Assembly (NCBI RefSeq): GCF_018977255.1
Contig: NW_024704743.1
Location: 11,286,001 to 11,350,000, forward strand
Length of the DNA: 64,000 nucleotides
Direction of reading: 5' to 3'
Origin: Callorhinchus milii
Lineage: Eukaryota
A model generated the notes under the pieces. It was not told the DNA's origin. It did no database searches and worked only from the letters and a program-made list of their open reading frames with translations. Numbering within the stretch: the stretch's first letter is position 1; every line of letters begins with the position of its first letter. Below, piece by piece: positions 38,070 to 50,984 of the stretch. Position numbers and translations under genes: made by a program.

Positions 38070-40078
38070 CACCTCCTTATATCGAAGCTCAAAAAACATG
38101 AAATCCCCCACTTACATCCCAGCCCCCCCAAATAAACCCCCACCCCGCCATTACATCCCAAGATGAAAAAACCCAAAACAGCCCTTGATTACTTCCCCAG
38201 CAAGAAAACCCCTGAAACACTGCCCCTTACGGCTGAGCTTAAAAAGCAAAACACTACCCCCGCACCCCCCCACCCCACCCCCCCCCCACGTACACTCTGA
38301 ACCTAAAAACACGAAACATCATCCCTTAGATCCGGAGCCCCCAAAAAAACAAATCACCCCCCCCCACACCTGCTTACATCCTGAACCCAAAAGACATGAA
38401 ACCCCTCCCCCAACCCCCCCCCACCCACCCCCACTTACATGCTGAACCTAAAAACATGAAACACCCATCCCCACCCCAAATCTTGAACGTGAAAATCTCA
38501 AAACACCCCCCTTTTGTCCCAAACTCAAAAAATACGGAAAACTACGCCTTAGGTCCTGAATCAAAAAAACCTGAAACACCTCCCCCACTTACATCCTGAA
38601 CTTAAAAAATATGAAACACCCCCCCCCTTACATCCCAAGCACAAAAGACTCTAAACCATATGTCTGGAGCCAAAAAAAATAAAAAACACACCTCCCCTTA
38701 TGTCCCGAGCCCAAATTCATGAAAAACACGAAACACCCCTCCTGACGTTCCATGCTCAAAAAACGTGAAATCCTCCACTTATATTCAAGATCCAAAAAAC
38801 CACACCCCACCCTTGTGTCCCAAGCTCAAAAAACAGTAAAACTCCACCCCTTAGGTCTGGTACCCAAAAAAACACAAAACACCCCTCCTGACATCCCATG
38901 CTCAAAAAAACACAAAACCCCACATACATCCAGGCCCCCCCAAAAAACACCCCACCCTTAAATCCCAAGTCCATAAAACACGAAGCACACCCACTTTACA
39001 TCCCAAGCCCACAAAATACCCTCCTTACGCCACAAGCTCAAAAAGCACGATAAACGTCCCCTTACGCGAAATGTCCAAAAAACACAAAACACCCTCCCTT
39101 ACATCCCAATCTCAAAATCACAAAACATCCTTCCTAACATTTGTGCTCCAAAAAACAAAACCCCGCACTTACATCCAGGGCCCCAAAAAAACACTCTACC
39201 ATTATGCTCAAGCCCAAAAAATACGAAATACCAACCCTTTCGTCCCAAGTGCAAAAAACACAAAATGCCCCACCTTACGTGTCGAGCCCACAAAACAACC
39301 CCCTACTTACACCCCAAGCCCAAAAATCACAAAATATATCGCTTTACCACCCAAGCCCAAAAAATACAAAACACACCTGCTCGCCCTTTACGTCCCAGGC
39401 CCAAACAAAACACGAATCACCCTCCACTTACATCCCGATCTCAAACCGATCTCAACCCACACCCCCAACTTTCCAAACTCAAAAAACCCCAAAGTCCTCC
39501 TTAATGGCTGAGCCCACAAAACACCACCCCCCCCACAGTCTCAAGCCCAAAAAGCACGAAGCACCCCCGCTCGCCCCTTATATCCCAAATGAAAAAACAT
39601 GAAGCACCATGCCCCACCATCTTATATCCCAATCTCAAATATCACAAAACCTCCCCCCACCCTTGATATCCAAGATCAAAAACCCCAAAAGCCCCCACTT
39701 ACATCCTGGGGCCAAAAAACAAAACACCCGCCCCCTTACTTCCCCAGCCCAAGTAAACGAAATACCCCACCCTTACATCCCAAACCCCCCAAAAAAGAAA
39801 CACCACCCCTTAGGTCCTGAACCCAAAAAACCACGACCCCCCCATCCACATCCTGAGCCGAAAAAACACTCCCTACTTATATCCCGAGCCCCAAAAACAT
39901 GAAACACCCCCTTACGTCTTGATCTCAAACAACATAAAACTTTCCCCCACCTTCACATCCCAAGCACAAAAAAACCCAAACACCCCACTTACATCCAGGA
40001 TCCAAAAAAACAAAACAGCCCAGCCTTACATCTCGACCACAAAAATACGAAATACCACCCCTTACGTCTCGATCTCAA
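38070..40078 (+). repeat. Diverged ~35-bp satellite/minisatellite array, block 1
   Basis: Approximate unit CCCCTTACATCCCGAGCCCAAAAAACACGAAACA, with variable C and A runs. Confidence 0.92.
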
Positions 40079-42572
40079 CCAACAAGAACAACAAAATTAC
40101 ATTTGTATAGTGCCTTTCACGTCGGGAGGACATCCTAAGGCATTTGACAGTCAATGTTTCGGACCTGAGCTGTGGGTTGGCATTGGGGAGGGCAGGGGGG
40201 AAGGAGGGGGATCAAAGGCATGGTTTGAAGAGGAGAGTCTTGAGAAGGGCTTCAAGGAGGTAAGGGAGGGGGCAAGACTGTGGGATGGGATGGAGTTCCA
40301 GAAGTTTGGTGCAGAGTGGCTGAAGGCTCGCCCGCCAATGGTGGGATGGGCGAGGCGGGGGAGGTGAAGCAGGCAGGAGCCCACTTAGCATAGGGAGAAG
40401 ACAGGTTAGTAGGGGGTTAGAATGTTGCAGAAATAAGGGGGAGCAAGGCCATGGAGGGCTTTGAAGGTGAGGACCAGAATCTTGAACTGTATCCTCTGTA
40501 TGATGGGAAGCCAGCGGAGTTGGGCGAGGATGGGGGTGGTCATGGAGCCTTGTGCAGGAGAGGCTGGAGAATTCTAGATGATCTACAGCTTATGGAGGGA
40601 AGAGTTGAGGAGGCCAACAAGCGGGGAGTTTGCATAGTCAAGCCTGGATGTTATGAATGCGTGTATGAGGGTTTTGGCGGCCTGCAGTGTGAGACAATGG
40701 CAGAGCCAGGCAATGTTGCATAGGTGGGGGAAGGCAGAGCGGGTCATGGCATGGATGTGGGGATGTGGGGTAGAAAGGATAGTTGAGGGTCAAACAAGAT
40801 GCCAAGGTTCTGGATTGGCTTAGTAAGGTGGAATGTGCATCCGTGGATAGTGATGCTGTAAGCGCCTGAGGTGTGGAGGCGCTGACGGGAGCCAATCAGG
40901 AGAGCCTCTGTCTTGTTGATGTTCAACTGAAGAAAGTTAGCTCTCATCTAGGACTTGATGTCTTCATGTTTGACAGACATTCTGTCAATACAGCAGTGGT
41001 CCTGGAGTCAAGGGTGGAAGCAGAGAGTTAAAGTTGTTCTCATCCGCAAACATGTGAAAGTTGACCCCATGTCTGCGGATGATGTCACCATGAGGGAGCA
41101 TATAGATATTGAAGAGAAAGGGGACCAAGGATAGAGCCCTGAGGAACACCATACAAGGTGATGTGGGGGCTAGAGGAGAAAACGTTTGTGGAGATGAAGT
41201 GGAGGCAGTGTGAGAGGTACGATCTGAACCATTCAACAGAATCATGAAGGTTGAGGTGAGAGGAGAGGTGGTGGATGAGGACAGAGTGGTCAACGGTATC
41301 AAAGGCAGCAGAGAGGTCAAGGAGGATAAGGAGGCAGAGGGTGCCCTGTTGGAAGATGGACAGAATGTCATTTGTCATTTTGACCAGAGCTGCTTCTGTG
41401 TTGTGGGCAGCACAAAACCCAATTGGAGGGGTTTGTGAAGGGAGTGGCGGGTAAGAAAGGAGTGAAGCTGACTCATTCCAGGACTTTGAAAAGGAATGGA
41501 GGTTGTAGATGGGACGGTAGCTTGAGATCAGGAATGAGTCCAGGGAGGGTTTTTTTAAGGATAGGAGTGATGACGTCATTTTTAAACAGTGGACGAGGAG
41601 AAATTTATGATTTCTGTTAATAAAGGGGCAAGAAGGTGGAGCTGGGAGGTAAGGAGAGGGGTAGGAATGGGGTCGAGGGAGCTGGTGGATGTTTAATGTG
41701 GGTTATAGTGGTGGTGAAAGAGGAGTGGGAGACAGGTTCAAAGGTTTGGAGGGAGGAATGGGTAGGGGCTGGGGTGAGAGGGCAAGATGGGGAGGTGGTA
41801 GTAGGTGGAAGGGCAGAGGCAGCTGAGCGGATCCCCTCAACTTTGGTTTTGAGGAAGTCTAGCATTGTCTTGCAGTTGGCATTGGAGGTGAGTATGGGCG
41901 AGGCATGAGAGGCTGGGCGGAGAAGCTGGTTGATGATGGAGAAGAGCCTGGGGTTGTTCTTGGCCTCCCAGATTGTCTTGGAGTAGAAAAACGATTTAGC
42001 AAGGTGAGGGCAGAGTGGTAGGTTTTGATAAGGTCCAGCTAGATCTGCCGATGGACCATTGGATTTACGCCAGGAGCTTTCAGCGGCATGCCCCTGCGCC
42101 TTAAGGGAGTGGGGGCGGCTGGTGTGCATGGTTACTTTCGTGAGTAGGAGATGGTTCAGGAAGTGAGGGGAGCAATGCATCGAGAGTGGTGGAGTGGGAG
42201 TTGTAGAGGAGAGTGACCGAGGAGGATAAATCATTGCAGGAGGAAGCCCAGAGTTTGACAAGTTCAGATGACTCCAAGGCAGCGGAGCGGGAATGGGGGG
42301 AGATTTTTTGCCAAGGGCGGAAGGAGATAGAGTTGTGTTGGGTAGCAGTAGGAAGTGTGATTGAGGAGTTAAGGGAGATAAAGTGATGGTCCAAGATCGC
42401 TTTGTCGGTGATGGTGAGTTCCAAGACGGTGAGACCCTGAGTGATCACCAGGTTGAGGGGGTGTCCGTGGATGTGGGTGCAGAGTGGATGTGGAAGGAGA
42501 GATTGAGGGAGGAGATAATGGAGGAAAAGTCAGCAGAAGTAGAGCAGGGGGTGAAGTGAAGGTTGAAGTCGC
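40079..42572 (-). mobile_element. L2 LINE inserted in the satellite
   Basis: LGDFNLH at the 5' end, [46 protein letters not shown] and 3' tail at ~40080. Confidence 0.92.
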
Positions 42573-42574
42573 CT

Positions 42575-43165
42575 AGGAAGACATAAGGTGGATGTTTCTT
42601 GTTCTTTCGGTTTGGGAAGTAATAGGGGACTGCTTTGTGTTTTTTGGGCTCAGGATGGAAGGGGGATGTTTCATGTTTTTTGGGACTGGGACGTAAGAGG
42701 GGTGGTGGTTGTTCATTATTTTTAGCTTGGGATGTGAGGTGGGGTGTTTAGTTTTTTGTGGCCACAAAGTAAGGGGTGGGGGGCTATCATGTTTTTTTGA
42801 GCTTGTGATGTAAAGGGGGCATGGTTCGTGTTTCTTGGGCTCGGGATGTAATGGGGGGGGGGTGGATTGTTTCGTATTTTGGGGGCTCGGGACATAAGGG
42901 GATGTTTCTTTTTTGGGCTCGGGACAGAAGAGGAAGGTGTCTCATGATTTTTGGCCTCGGGCCTAAGGGGAGGTTTGTCTTTCTTGGGCTTGGGACCTGG
43001 GGTGGGGTGGGTGTTTCATATTGTTTTGAGACTGGGACATGATGGGGAGGGGGAAATGTTTGTGTTTTTTGAGCTTGGGACGAAAGCGGGGGTTGTTTCA
43101 TGTGTTTTAGGTTCAGATGTAGGGTAGGGAGAAGGAATTTAATTTTTTGAGCACTCAGGATGAAA
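42575..43165 (-). repeat. Same satellite, inverted block
   Basis: GTTTTTTGGGCTCAGGATG..AGGGG units are the reverse complement of the flanking array. Confidence 0.9.
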
Positions 43166-45762
43166 GGAACTTAAAGAACATGAAACACACCCTTTCGTCC
43201 TGAACCCAAAAAACAAGAAACACTGCTCCTTACATTCCAAGCCCCAAAATGTGGAAATACCGCCCTTATGTCCCAAGGGCCCCCCAGAAAAACAGCCATG
43301 AGCCCAAAAAACATCCCACCCCTTACTTCCTGAGCCCCAAAACACAACCCCCCCTTTACATCCTAAACCTAAAAAACACAAAACACCCCACCCTTACATC
43401 CCAAGACCAAAAAATACTAAACAACCCCCCTTACATCCTGAAACTAAAAAAATCAAAACAACCCCCTCATGTGCCAAGCCTAAAAAGCACAAAACATCTT
43501 CCTACTTACGCCTAGAGCCCAAAAAACATCCAACAAACCCCCCACCCCCACCGAACTCCCGAGCCGAACCCCTTCCCCCCACACCAATGTCCCACTGATG
43601 TCAAGAAACATGAAACATCCCTTATGCCACACAAAATATTGTTCCTTATCATCCAAGCCCAATAAAAAGGAAATACCGCCCTTATATCCCTAGTCCAAAA
43701 GCATGAAACACCTCCCTCATGGGACAAGCCCAAAAAGCACGAAACATCTCTCCCTCTTATGTTCCAAGCCCAAAAAATACAATACCCCACATCCCCCACC
43801 AATGTCTCGACCCAAATCCCAAACAAACGAAACACCCCCTCCATTTACTTCCCGGTCCCAAAAACACAAAACAAACTCTTTACTTCACGGGCCCCCCAAA
43901 ACTGAAACACCCCACTTCATGTCCCAATTTCAAAAAACACCATCCCCCCTCCCACCCACCCACCCCCCAGCACAAGAAATACGAAACACTACCCCCACCC
44001 CATCCCAATCCCTAAATACACAAGACACCCCACTTACGTCCTGAACCTAAAAAACACAAAACACCTCCCCCTTTAGGTCCCAAGCCCAAAAAACAAGAAA
44101 CACTCTCACGCCCACCCCCCATTGCATCCCGAGGACAAAAAGCAGGAAATACACCAACTTACATCCTTAGCCCAAAAAAGCTGAAACACCCCAGCTTTCA
44201 TCACAAGCCCAAAAATCACAGAACACCCCCTCTTACGTCCTGAACCTAAAAACACAAAATACTGCCCAACCGAGCCAAAAAACACGGAACACTCCCCTTA
44301 TATCCCGAGCCCAAAAAACACAATACATCTCTCTCATGTGCCGAGCCCAAAAAAGGCAAAACATCCCTCCCACTTACGTTCTGAGCCCCCCAAAATTAAA
44401 CAACTCCACCCCCTGATGTCTTGAGACCCAAAACAATAATCCCCTCCCCACCGATGTCCCAAAACACATCAAGTCCCAAGCTGAAAACACGTCCCGACCC
44501 AAAAAAAGGCAAAATACCCCCAACATACATCCTGAACCCAAAAAACAGGAAACATCCTCTCCCTTATATCATAAGCCCCCAAACTACAAAACAGCACCCC
44601 TTACACCCCGAGCCCAAACAAAAACCTTATGTCCCGAGATCAAAAACACAAAACATCCCCAGCCCAAAAAAACAAATATCTTTACATCCCGAGCCCAAAA
44701 GATGTAAAACACCCCTTATGTTCTGAACTTAAAAACTCCACCCCCCCACCCCCGCCCAAGGTCCTTAACCGAAAAAACATGAAACAACACCCCCCTTATG
44801 TCCCAAGCCAAAAAACATAAACCACCACCCCCTTACGTCCCAAACCTAAAAAACACGAAATATCCCACCCTTACATCCTGAACAAACCCCGCTTTCGTCC
44901 CGAGCTCAAAAAACACAAAACACCCTCTCCCTTATGTCATGAGCCCAAACAAAATACCTAAAAAATACTAAACAACCCCCACTTCTTCAACCTAAAAAAC
45001 AATCCCCACCCCCACCCCCATTACAACTAGTACCTAAGAAACAAAAAACACCCCTTTACATCCGAAACCCAAAAAAACACGAAACACCGCTCCTTAGGTT
45101 CTGAGCCCAAAAAACATGAAACACCCACCCACCTTGCTTTCTGAGCCTAAAAAACATGACCCCACTCCTTACATCCTGAACCTAAAAATCACAACAACCC
45201 CCCCAACCCACACCAAATGCAACCTAAAAAGCACAAAACACCCTCTTACGTCCTGAACCTAAAAAGCACAAAATAACCTAAAGAGCTCCTTACGGTCCAA
45301 ACTCCCAAAACAGGAAATATTGCCTTTATATCCAGAGCCCAAAAATCACAAAACACCCCACTTACATCCCAATCCCAAAAAACGTCCTGAGCCTAAAAAA
45401 TACACGACACCCTCCCTAACGTCCTGAGTCAAAAAAAAATTAAATACCACCTCCTTTTATCCTAATCCTAAAAAACACAAAACACGACCCACCCCCCACT
45501 TACGTTGTGGCCCCCAAAACACAAAACACCTCTCCCTCACGTCCCAAGCTGAAATACGTGACCATCCCTTACATCATGAGCGCAAAAAGTAGGAAATACA
45601 CCACTTTACGTCCTTAGCCCAAAACACCTGAAGCAATCCCACTTTCGTGCCGAGCCTAAAAAACATGAAACACCCCCACCCCCTTATGTCCTGAATCTAA
45701 AAAAATACAAAACACCCCCTACTTGCTTCCTGAGCCCAAAAAACAAGAAACAACCTCCCTTT
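43166..45762 (+). repeat. Same satellite, block 2
   Basis: Same unit as block 1, with internal longer-range duplications (e.g. ~44140-44210 resembles ~45585-45655). Confidence 0.92.
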
Positions 45763-45764
45763 AT

Positions 45765-46740
45765 TGGCTGGCTGGGGTGAGGTTGGGGCTGGGGCTGGGG
45801 TGAGGTTGGGGTGAGGCTAGGGCCTGGGTGAGGTTGGGCTGGGGTGAGGGTGGGGTTGGGGTGAGTTTGGGCTTGGGATGGGGTTGGGGTGGGTTGGGCT
45901 GGGGGTGGGGTTGGGGTTGGGGTGGGGTTGGGCTGGGGGTGGGTTGGGGTGAGGTTGGGCTGGGGTGAGGCTGGGGTTGGGGTGGGTTGGGCTGGGTTGG
46001 GGTTGGGGTGGGGTTGGGCTGGGGTGTGGGTTGGGTGAGGTTGGGCTGGGGGTGGGGTTGGGGTGAGGTGAGGTTGGGCTGGGGGTGAGGCTGGGGTTGG
46101 GGTGAGGTTGGGCTGGGGGTGGGGTTTGGGTGAGGTTGGGGTGAGGTGAGGTTGGGGTGAGGTGAGGTTGGGCTGGGGTTGGGGTGAGGTTGGGCTGGGG
46201 GTGAGGCTGGGGTTGGGGTGAGGTTGGGCTGGGGGTGAGGCTGGGTTTGGGGTGAGGCTGGGGTGTGGGGTTGGGGTGAGGCTGGGGTTGGGTGAGGCTG
46301 GGGTGGGTTGGGCTGGGGGTGGGTTGGGGTGAGGTTGGGCCGGGGTGGGGGGGTGAGGTTGGGCTGGGGTGAGGCTGGGGTTGGGGTGAGGCTGGGGTTG
46401 GGGTGGGGTTGGGGTGAGGCTGGGGCTGGGTGGGGTTGGGGTGAGGCTGGGGTTGGGGTGAGGTTGGGCCGGGGTGGGGTTGGGGTGAGGTTGGGCTGGG
46501 GGTGGGGTTGGGGTGAGGTTGGGCCGGGGGTGGGGTTGGGGTGAGGTTGGGCTGGGGGTGAGGCTGGGGTTGGGGTGAGGTTGGGCTGGGGGTGGGGTTG
46601 GGGTGAGGTTGGGGTGAGGTGAGGTTGGGCTGGGGCTGGGGTTGGGGTGAGGTTGGGGTTGGGGGGTGGGCTGAGGTTGGGGGTGGGTTGGGGTGGGGCT
46701 GGGGTTTGGTTAGGGTGGAGCTGGAGGGTGGGAGGTGGTG
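45765..46740 (+). repeat. G-rich tandem tract (GGGGTT/GGGCT/GGGGTGAGGTT)n, potential G-quadruplex array
   Basis: ~1 kb of G3-G5 runs separated by 1-5 nt, followed by a mainly purine tract (46741-46952). Confidence 0.95.
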
Positions 46741-46959
46741 CGAGAGGGAGAGAGGGAGGGGGTGAGAGAGGGAGGAGTTGAGAAAGGGAGGGGCTGAGAG
46801 AGGGGGAGGGGGTGAGGGAGGGGGAGAGAGAGTTGGGAGAGGAGGGGGAGAGTGGTGAGTGGGGAAAAGAAGAAGAGGAGGGGAAGGGGTGAGAGAGGGG
46901 AGGGAGGGAGGCGGAATGTGGGGGAGAAAGAAAGCAGAGGGGAGAGAAAGTAAGATCGA

Positions 46960-47203
46960 GAAACCCAGTTGTTAGTAGATTGGTGGTTCTCTTTCTGGGG
47001 GTAATAATTCCTTCACAAAAACAATAATAATGGGGTCACTCAATCCACGACTGTTTGTGGGACATTGCTGTGCACAATTGGCTGCTGCGTTTCGCCCACA
47101 AATATACAGTCAATTCACTTTACAGTATATTCTGTGAAGAGCTTTGAGACATCTCAACGATGTGATAAGGCGCCGTATCAAATGCAAGGTTTATTATTAT
47201 TAC
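46960..47203 (+). mobile_element. SINE family A, 5'-truncated
   Basis: AACCCAGTTGTTAG..GGTCACTCAATCCACGAC..tail. Confidence 0.85.
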
Positions 47204-48085
47204 TTAACTTTGAGACGTCCTCCCGATGGGAAATTCATGGATTATTATAATTTTGACAATGCAGCGTTCTAACAGATTTGTACTGTACTATCGAGAAAGC
47301 AAGACTCAAGCAAGTCCTCTGATGGAGGGGACGGGAGTTGGGTTATGAAAATCCCTTGACCTGCCTGCTCAGGGGAACATTTCTGAAGTGGACAGTGGAA
47401 CGGAGAGTATCTCCCCTGTGCTATAACTGCAGCATTGTGTCTCCACTTAGTTTTATTCACTGCCCTTTTTTTTCCAAATGTGTTTTTCTTTACTCCATTC
47501 AATAATTTAGCCCACTTGACCTCAACTTCGCTTCTGTCGACAGAGCTTTCTTTTTTAGTCCTTTCAATCCCTCAATAGCTGTTTTTGAAAGATTTGATAA
47601 AAAAACAGAGCTCTTAAAAAAATGTCTTATAAAGAAGAGCCTGATGCCAGTCGATAGTTTATTCCTCTGCAACCTTTTCATTCCCGGAACACAGCAAGAA
47701 TCAGTTACACCCATCTTGCACCTTTCACATTATTGTTAACAGTCAAATAAGTAAATAATCCTTGCACTTTACATAACCGTTTAGTTGATAGCACTCTTAC
47801 CTCTGAGTCAGCAACCCCATGGCAGGACTACTGGGGCTGACGCTCCAGTACAGCGCTGGGGGAAGTGTTGCATTGTTGGAGGTGCCGTCCTTTGGATGAG
47901 ACGTTTAACCAAGCTCCTGTCCACATTAATGATAATAATAACCCTTGGATTTGATATTGTGCCTTATCACATCTTTGAGAAGTCTCGAAGCGCTTCACGG
48001 AATATACTATAAAGTGAAAGTAGGAATTCGATTGGCGGATTGCTTTCTGGGGGGAATAATCGCTGAAAGTGGAGTCCTGTAGCTC

Positions 48086-48185
48086 AGTCTGACGAAGGGT
48101 CATGGACCCGAAACGTTGACTCACTTTCCTTTCTCCATAGTTGCTGCCTGACCTGCTGAGTGTTCCCAGCAACTTCTGTTTTTGT
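48086..48185 (+). ncRNA. Minimal type-I hammerhead-ribozyme-like motif in a Penelope-type repeat fragment
   Basis: CTGACGA (48089-95), extra A, stem II GGGTC-atg-GACCC, GAAA (48110-13), palindromic ACGT stem III and GTT triplet. A GTTGCTG..CAGCAAC hairpin follows. Stem I is imperfect. Confidence 0.6.
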
Positions 48186-48921
48186 TCTCTTGCTTGCGAG
48201 GCAAAGGCTCTAACCACTGAGCTACAGAACTCCACAACACTATCTCAAATGCAAAAATTATTATAATTCCTTCAAATTTAAAAAAATAAGGTCACTCAAT
48301 CCATGGGCACTCCTGTGAGCAAAGGGCTATCGGGTTTCGCCACAAAATACACAGTCAATCCTCTTTACAGTATATTCTTTACGGTATATTCTGTGAAGTA
48401 CATTGAGCCTGTCGGTGATATGATCAGGTGCTATATCAAATGCAAGGATTATTATTGGTAAAGCATGAGGTGAAATGGAAATAGATTTATTGAGTGCATT
48501 CAGTGTGGTTTGCTAAAACTGGACGTCTTAAAACTAACAAGGGCAGCAGGTGACAGGTGATTTAAACCTAAATAATGAGCCAGAAATAGGTAGTAATCTG
48601 GATCTGAGGACATATCTTGGGAACAGTGGCCATAATGTGGTTGAGTTCAGTAATAAAAATTATAATAATTTGATATAGCTGCTTATTACATCATCACAAA
48701 ATCGCAAGGGATATATTGTAAAGTGTAGCAGTGCATTTTGCAGAACACAGCATCAACAACAACAGCAAAGGTAATTTGCATTTATATAGCGCCCTCCCTG
48801 CAGGGTAGCAGCTCTGAGTCAATGTGTACTCAGCAGAGTCTTATAAACAGCCTCCAAGTGAATGACCAATTTTATCTGTGGGATTGTTGGACACCGGGAG
48901 AAAATTTCCATTCTTTTCTTA

Positions 48922-49190
48922 TTCAGAACTCTGCAGCTACTTTCCTCTCCTGCTCTAAGCTTGTGACACTATTGCCCCCATCCTTGACTGGTTTCACTGG
49001 CTCCCCATCCCCCAGAGCATTGAGTTCAAGATTCTCATCCTCACCTTTAAAACCCTCCAGTGTATTGCTCTTCCCCACTTCTGCGACCTTTTAAAACTTC
49101 ACCAAGCTGCCTGCTCCCTCCACTGGCCTGCTCCATGACCCCAGCCTATCTCCTCCACTATTGGCAGTTGGGCTTTCAGCAGTTTGGGCT
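48922..49190 (+). mobile_element. L2 3' fragment
   Basis: IQNSAA..HWLP..IEFKILIL remnant. Confidence 0.75.
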
Positions 49191-50489
49191 TCTTGCAGCT
49201 TGACTTTGGTTTGACCTGAACTAACCCCAGCCTATTAAGTGCAATAGGAGGTCCAAACCACAGAAACAGCTGAGCTTATGAAAGCTTGGATCCTCTCCAG
49301 GTCCCGTGGAACATGTGGCTCAAAGTCTTCTTGAGGAGCCCCCCCAAACTTCTCTTGTTACTAGAAATCTGAGGTGTGCCAACTTAAGGCCAATTAAGCC
49401 ACAAGCGATCAAAGGGAGGAATTCCACCTGAGTCTAGATTTCACTTACACCTTCAGCTGCAAAACACACAGTCAATATGTTTTAAGAGTGAATTGTGTGA
49501 AGCACCCTGATATGTCCTCCTGACCTGAAAGTTACCATATCATATGCAAGGATAATTATTATTTGTAGATTTACTCTATTTATGTACCATGTCAGAGTGT
49601 CTTGAATATGGATAATTTTGGTGGCCTACACATCTGAAACTGTCTGGTTTGGATACTTTTAAGCATGGTGATGATTTTCTGCATGTGTCATGTTTGTGGG
49701 ATTTTGCTCTGTGCAAATTGGCTGCTGTGTTCGCCTACAAATATACAGTTACTACACTTTGCAGAACACAGTCAAAATGCTTTGAGTTGGCATAAGGGAT
49801 ATTAAAAAGCAAGAGTGTTATTCATTGGCAGCGGGTGGCTAGAGCTAGAGGGGTCTCAGCTCCCCATCCCCCACCCAAAAGAAAATATATCTACAGTCAT
49901 CTTTTTAAGGGGAGATGGGAAGGGAAAGCCCTGAGGAGGACTACGGCCAGTCTTCCAAGCAGCCCCAAACCATGCGCAACCTCTTGTCCCTCTCCAAATT
50001 CATGGGCAGCACCACTTCTGATCCAACTTAAAGGCAAACCATTGGCTTGACTGACAGGCCTAACCAAACAGAAGTGAGGCTGAGTTTTACTCTGTACCTC
50101 CCAACCAAAGAATAGTTTCACCTATCACGTATGGTATTGTTATTGCGCGATCAGAAAATAATATTAATTTTGGGAGCATTTTTAATTGGTTTTGAAACAA
50201 AACAAATATCACATAATTCTCTGAGAACCATCCACCCCAAGCCAGGGATGTGTTCCAGGATAGAATGAAGACGTACATTACAATAGTGCCAATTATCACA
50301 ACTTAAAATCACAACACATTGGATGGAGCTGCTGAGTTAATTTAATGGCAATTACGCCAAAAGGCTCAAGAGAAAGAATATTATTAACAATCTCATGGCA
50401 CTACTTGAAAACCGAAGAGCTTCTCCTGGTGTCCTGGCCAAAAATCCTTCACAAACATTTAATTGTTCATTTCATGCCTATCTGGATTA

Positions 50490-50787
50490 CTGGAATGCAT
50501 TGGTTAGAACCCTTGCCTCACAAGCGAGGACTTGGGTTCGATTCCCAGGCAGCGCAAAACTTTAGGCAAGTTTCCTTAGTCCACACGCCTCTATTTACCT
50601 AGAAGTAAGCAGGAACCCAGTTATTAGCCGATTGGTGGATCGCTTTTCAAGGGTAATAATTCCTGGCTGCAGAGTTTCACCCATAAAATATACAATCAAT
50701 TTACTTTACAATATATTCTGTGAAGCGCTTTGAGATGTTTCAACGCCTTGATAAGGCACTATATCAAATGTAAGGATTACTATTAAT
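50490..50787 (+). mobile_element. SINE family A
   Basis: TGGTTAGAA..GGGTTCGATTCCC head, body and tail. Confidence 0.8.
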
Positions 50788-50984
50788 TGTGAGACATTGC
50801 TGTGCACAAATTGGCTGCAGCATTCGCCTGCACAGTCACTGAACTTTACAGTAGAGCCCTTTGAAGCACTTTGAGACTTCTCAAATTGCTCTGAGACGCT
50901 ACCCCATGTGAAGGGTGCTACATGTTGTAGTTCTCAACGATGAGACGAAGGCTGTATGTTGCACATTTTGGTTGTCACCCCCGA

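Noticed and set aside
38070..45762. Regular ~35-bp periodicity resembling a CRISPR array
   Set aside because: Units are contiguous and diverged, with no unique spacers and no cas genes, in a vertebrate context. It is a satellite.
38185..46544. Many Pro/Lys- or Gly-rich ORFs
   Set aside because: Products of the satellite and G-tract, with no splice or domain support.
45765..46740. Interstitial telomere
   Set aside because: Canonical TTAGGG is almost absent, so it is kept only as a G-rich repeat.
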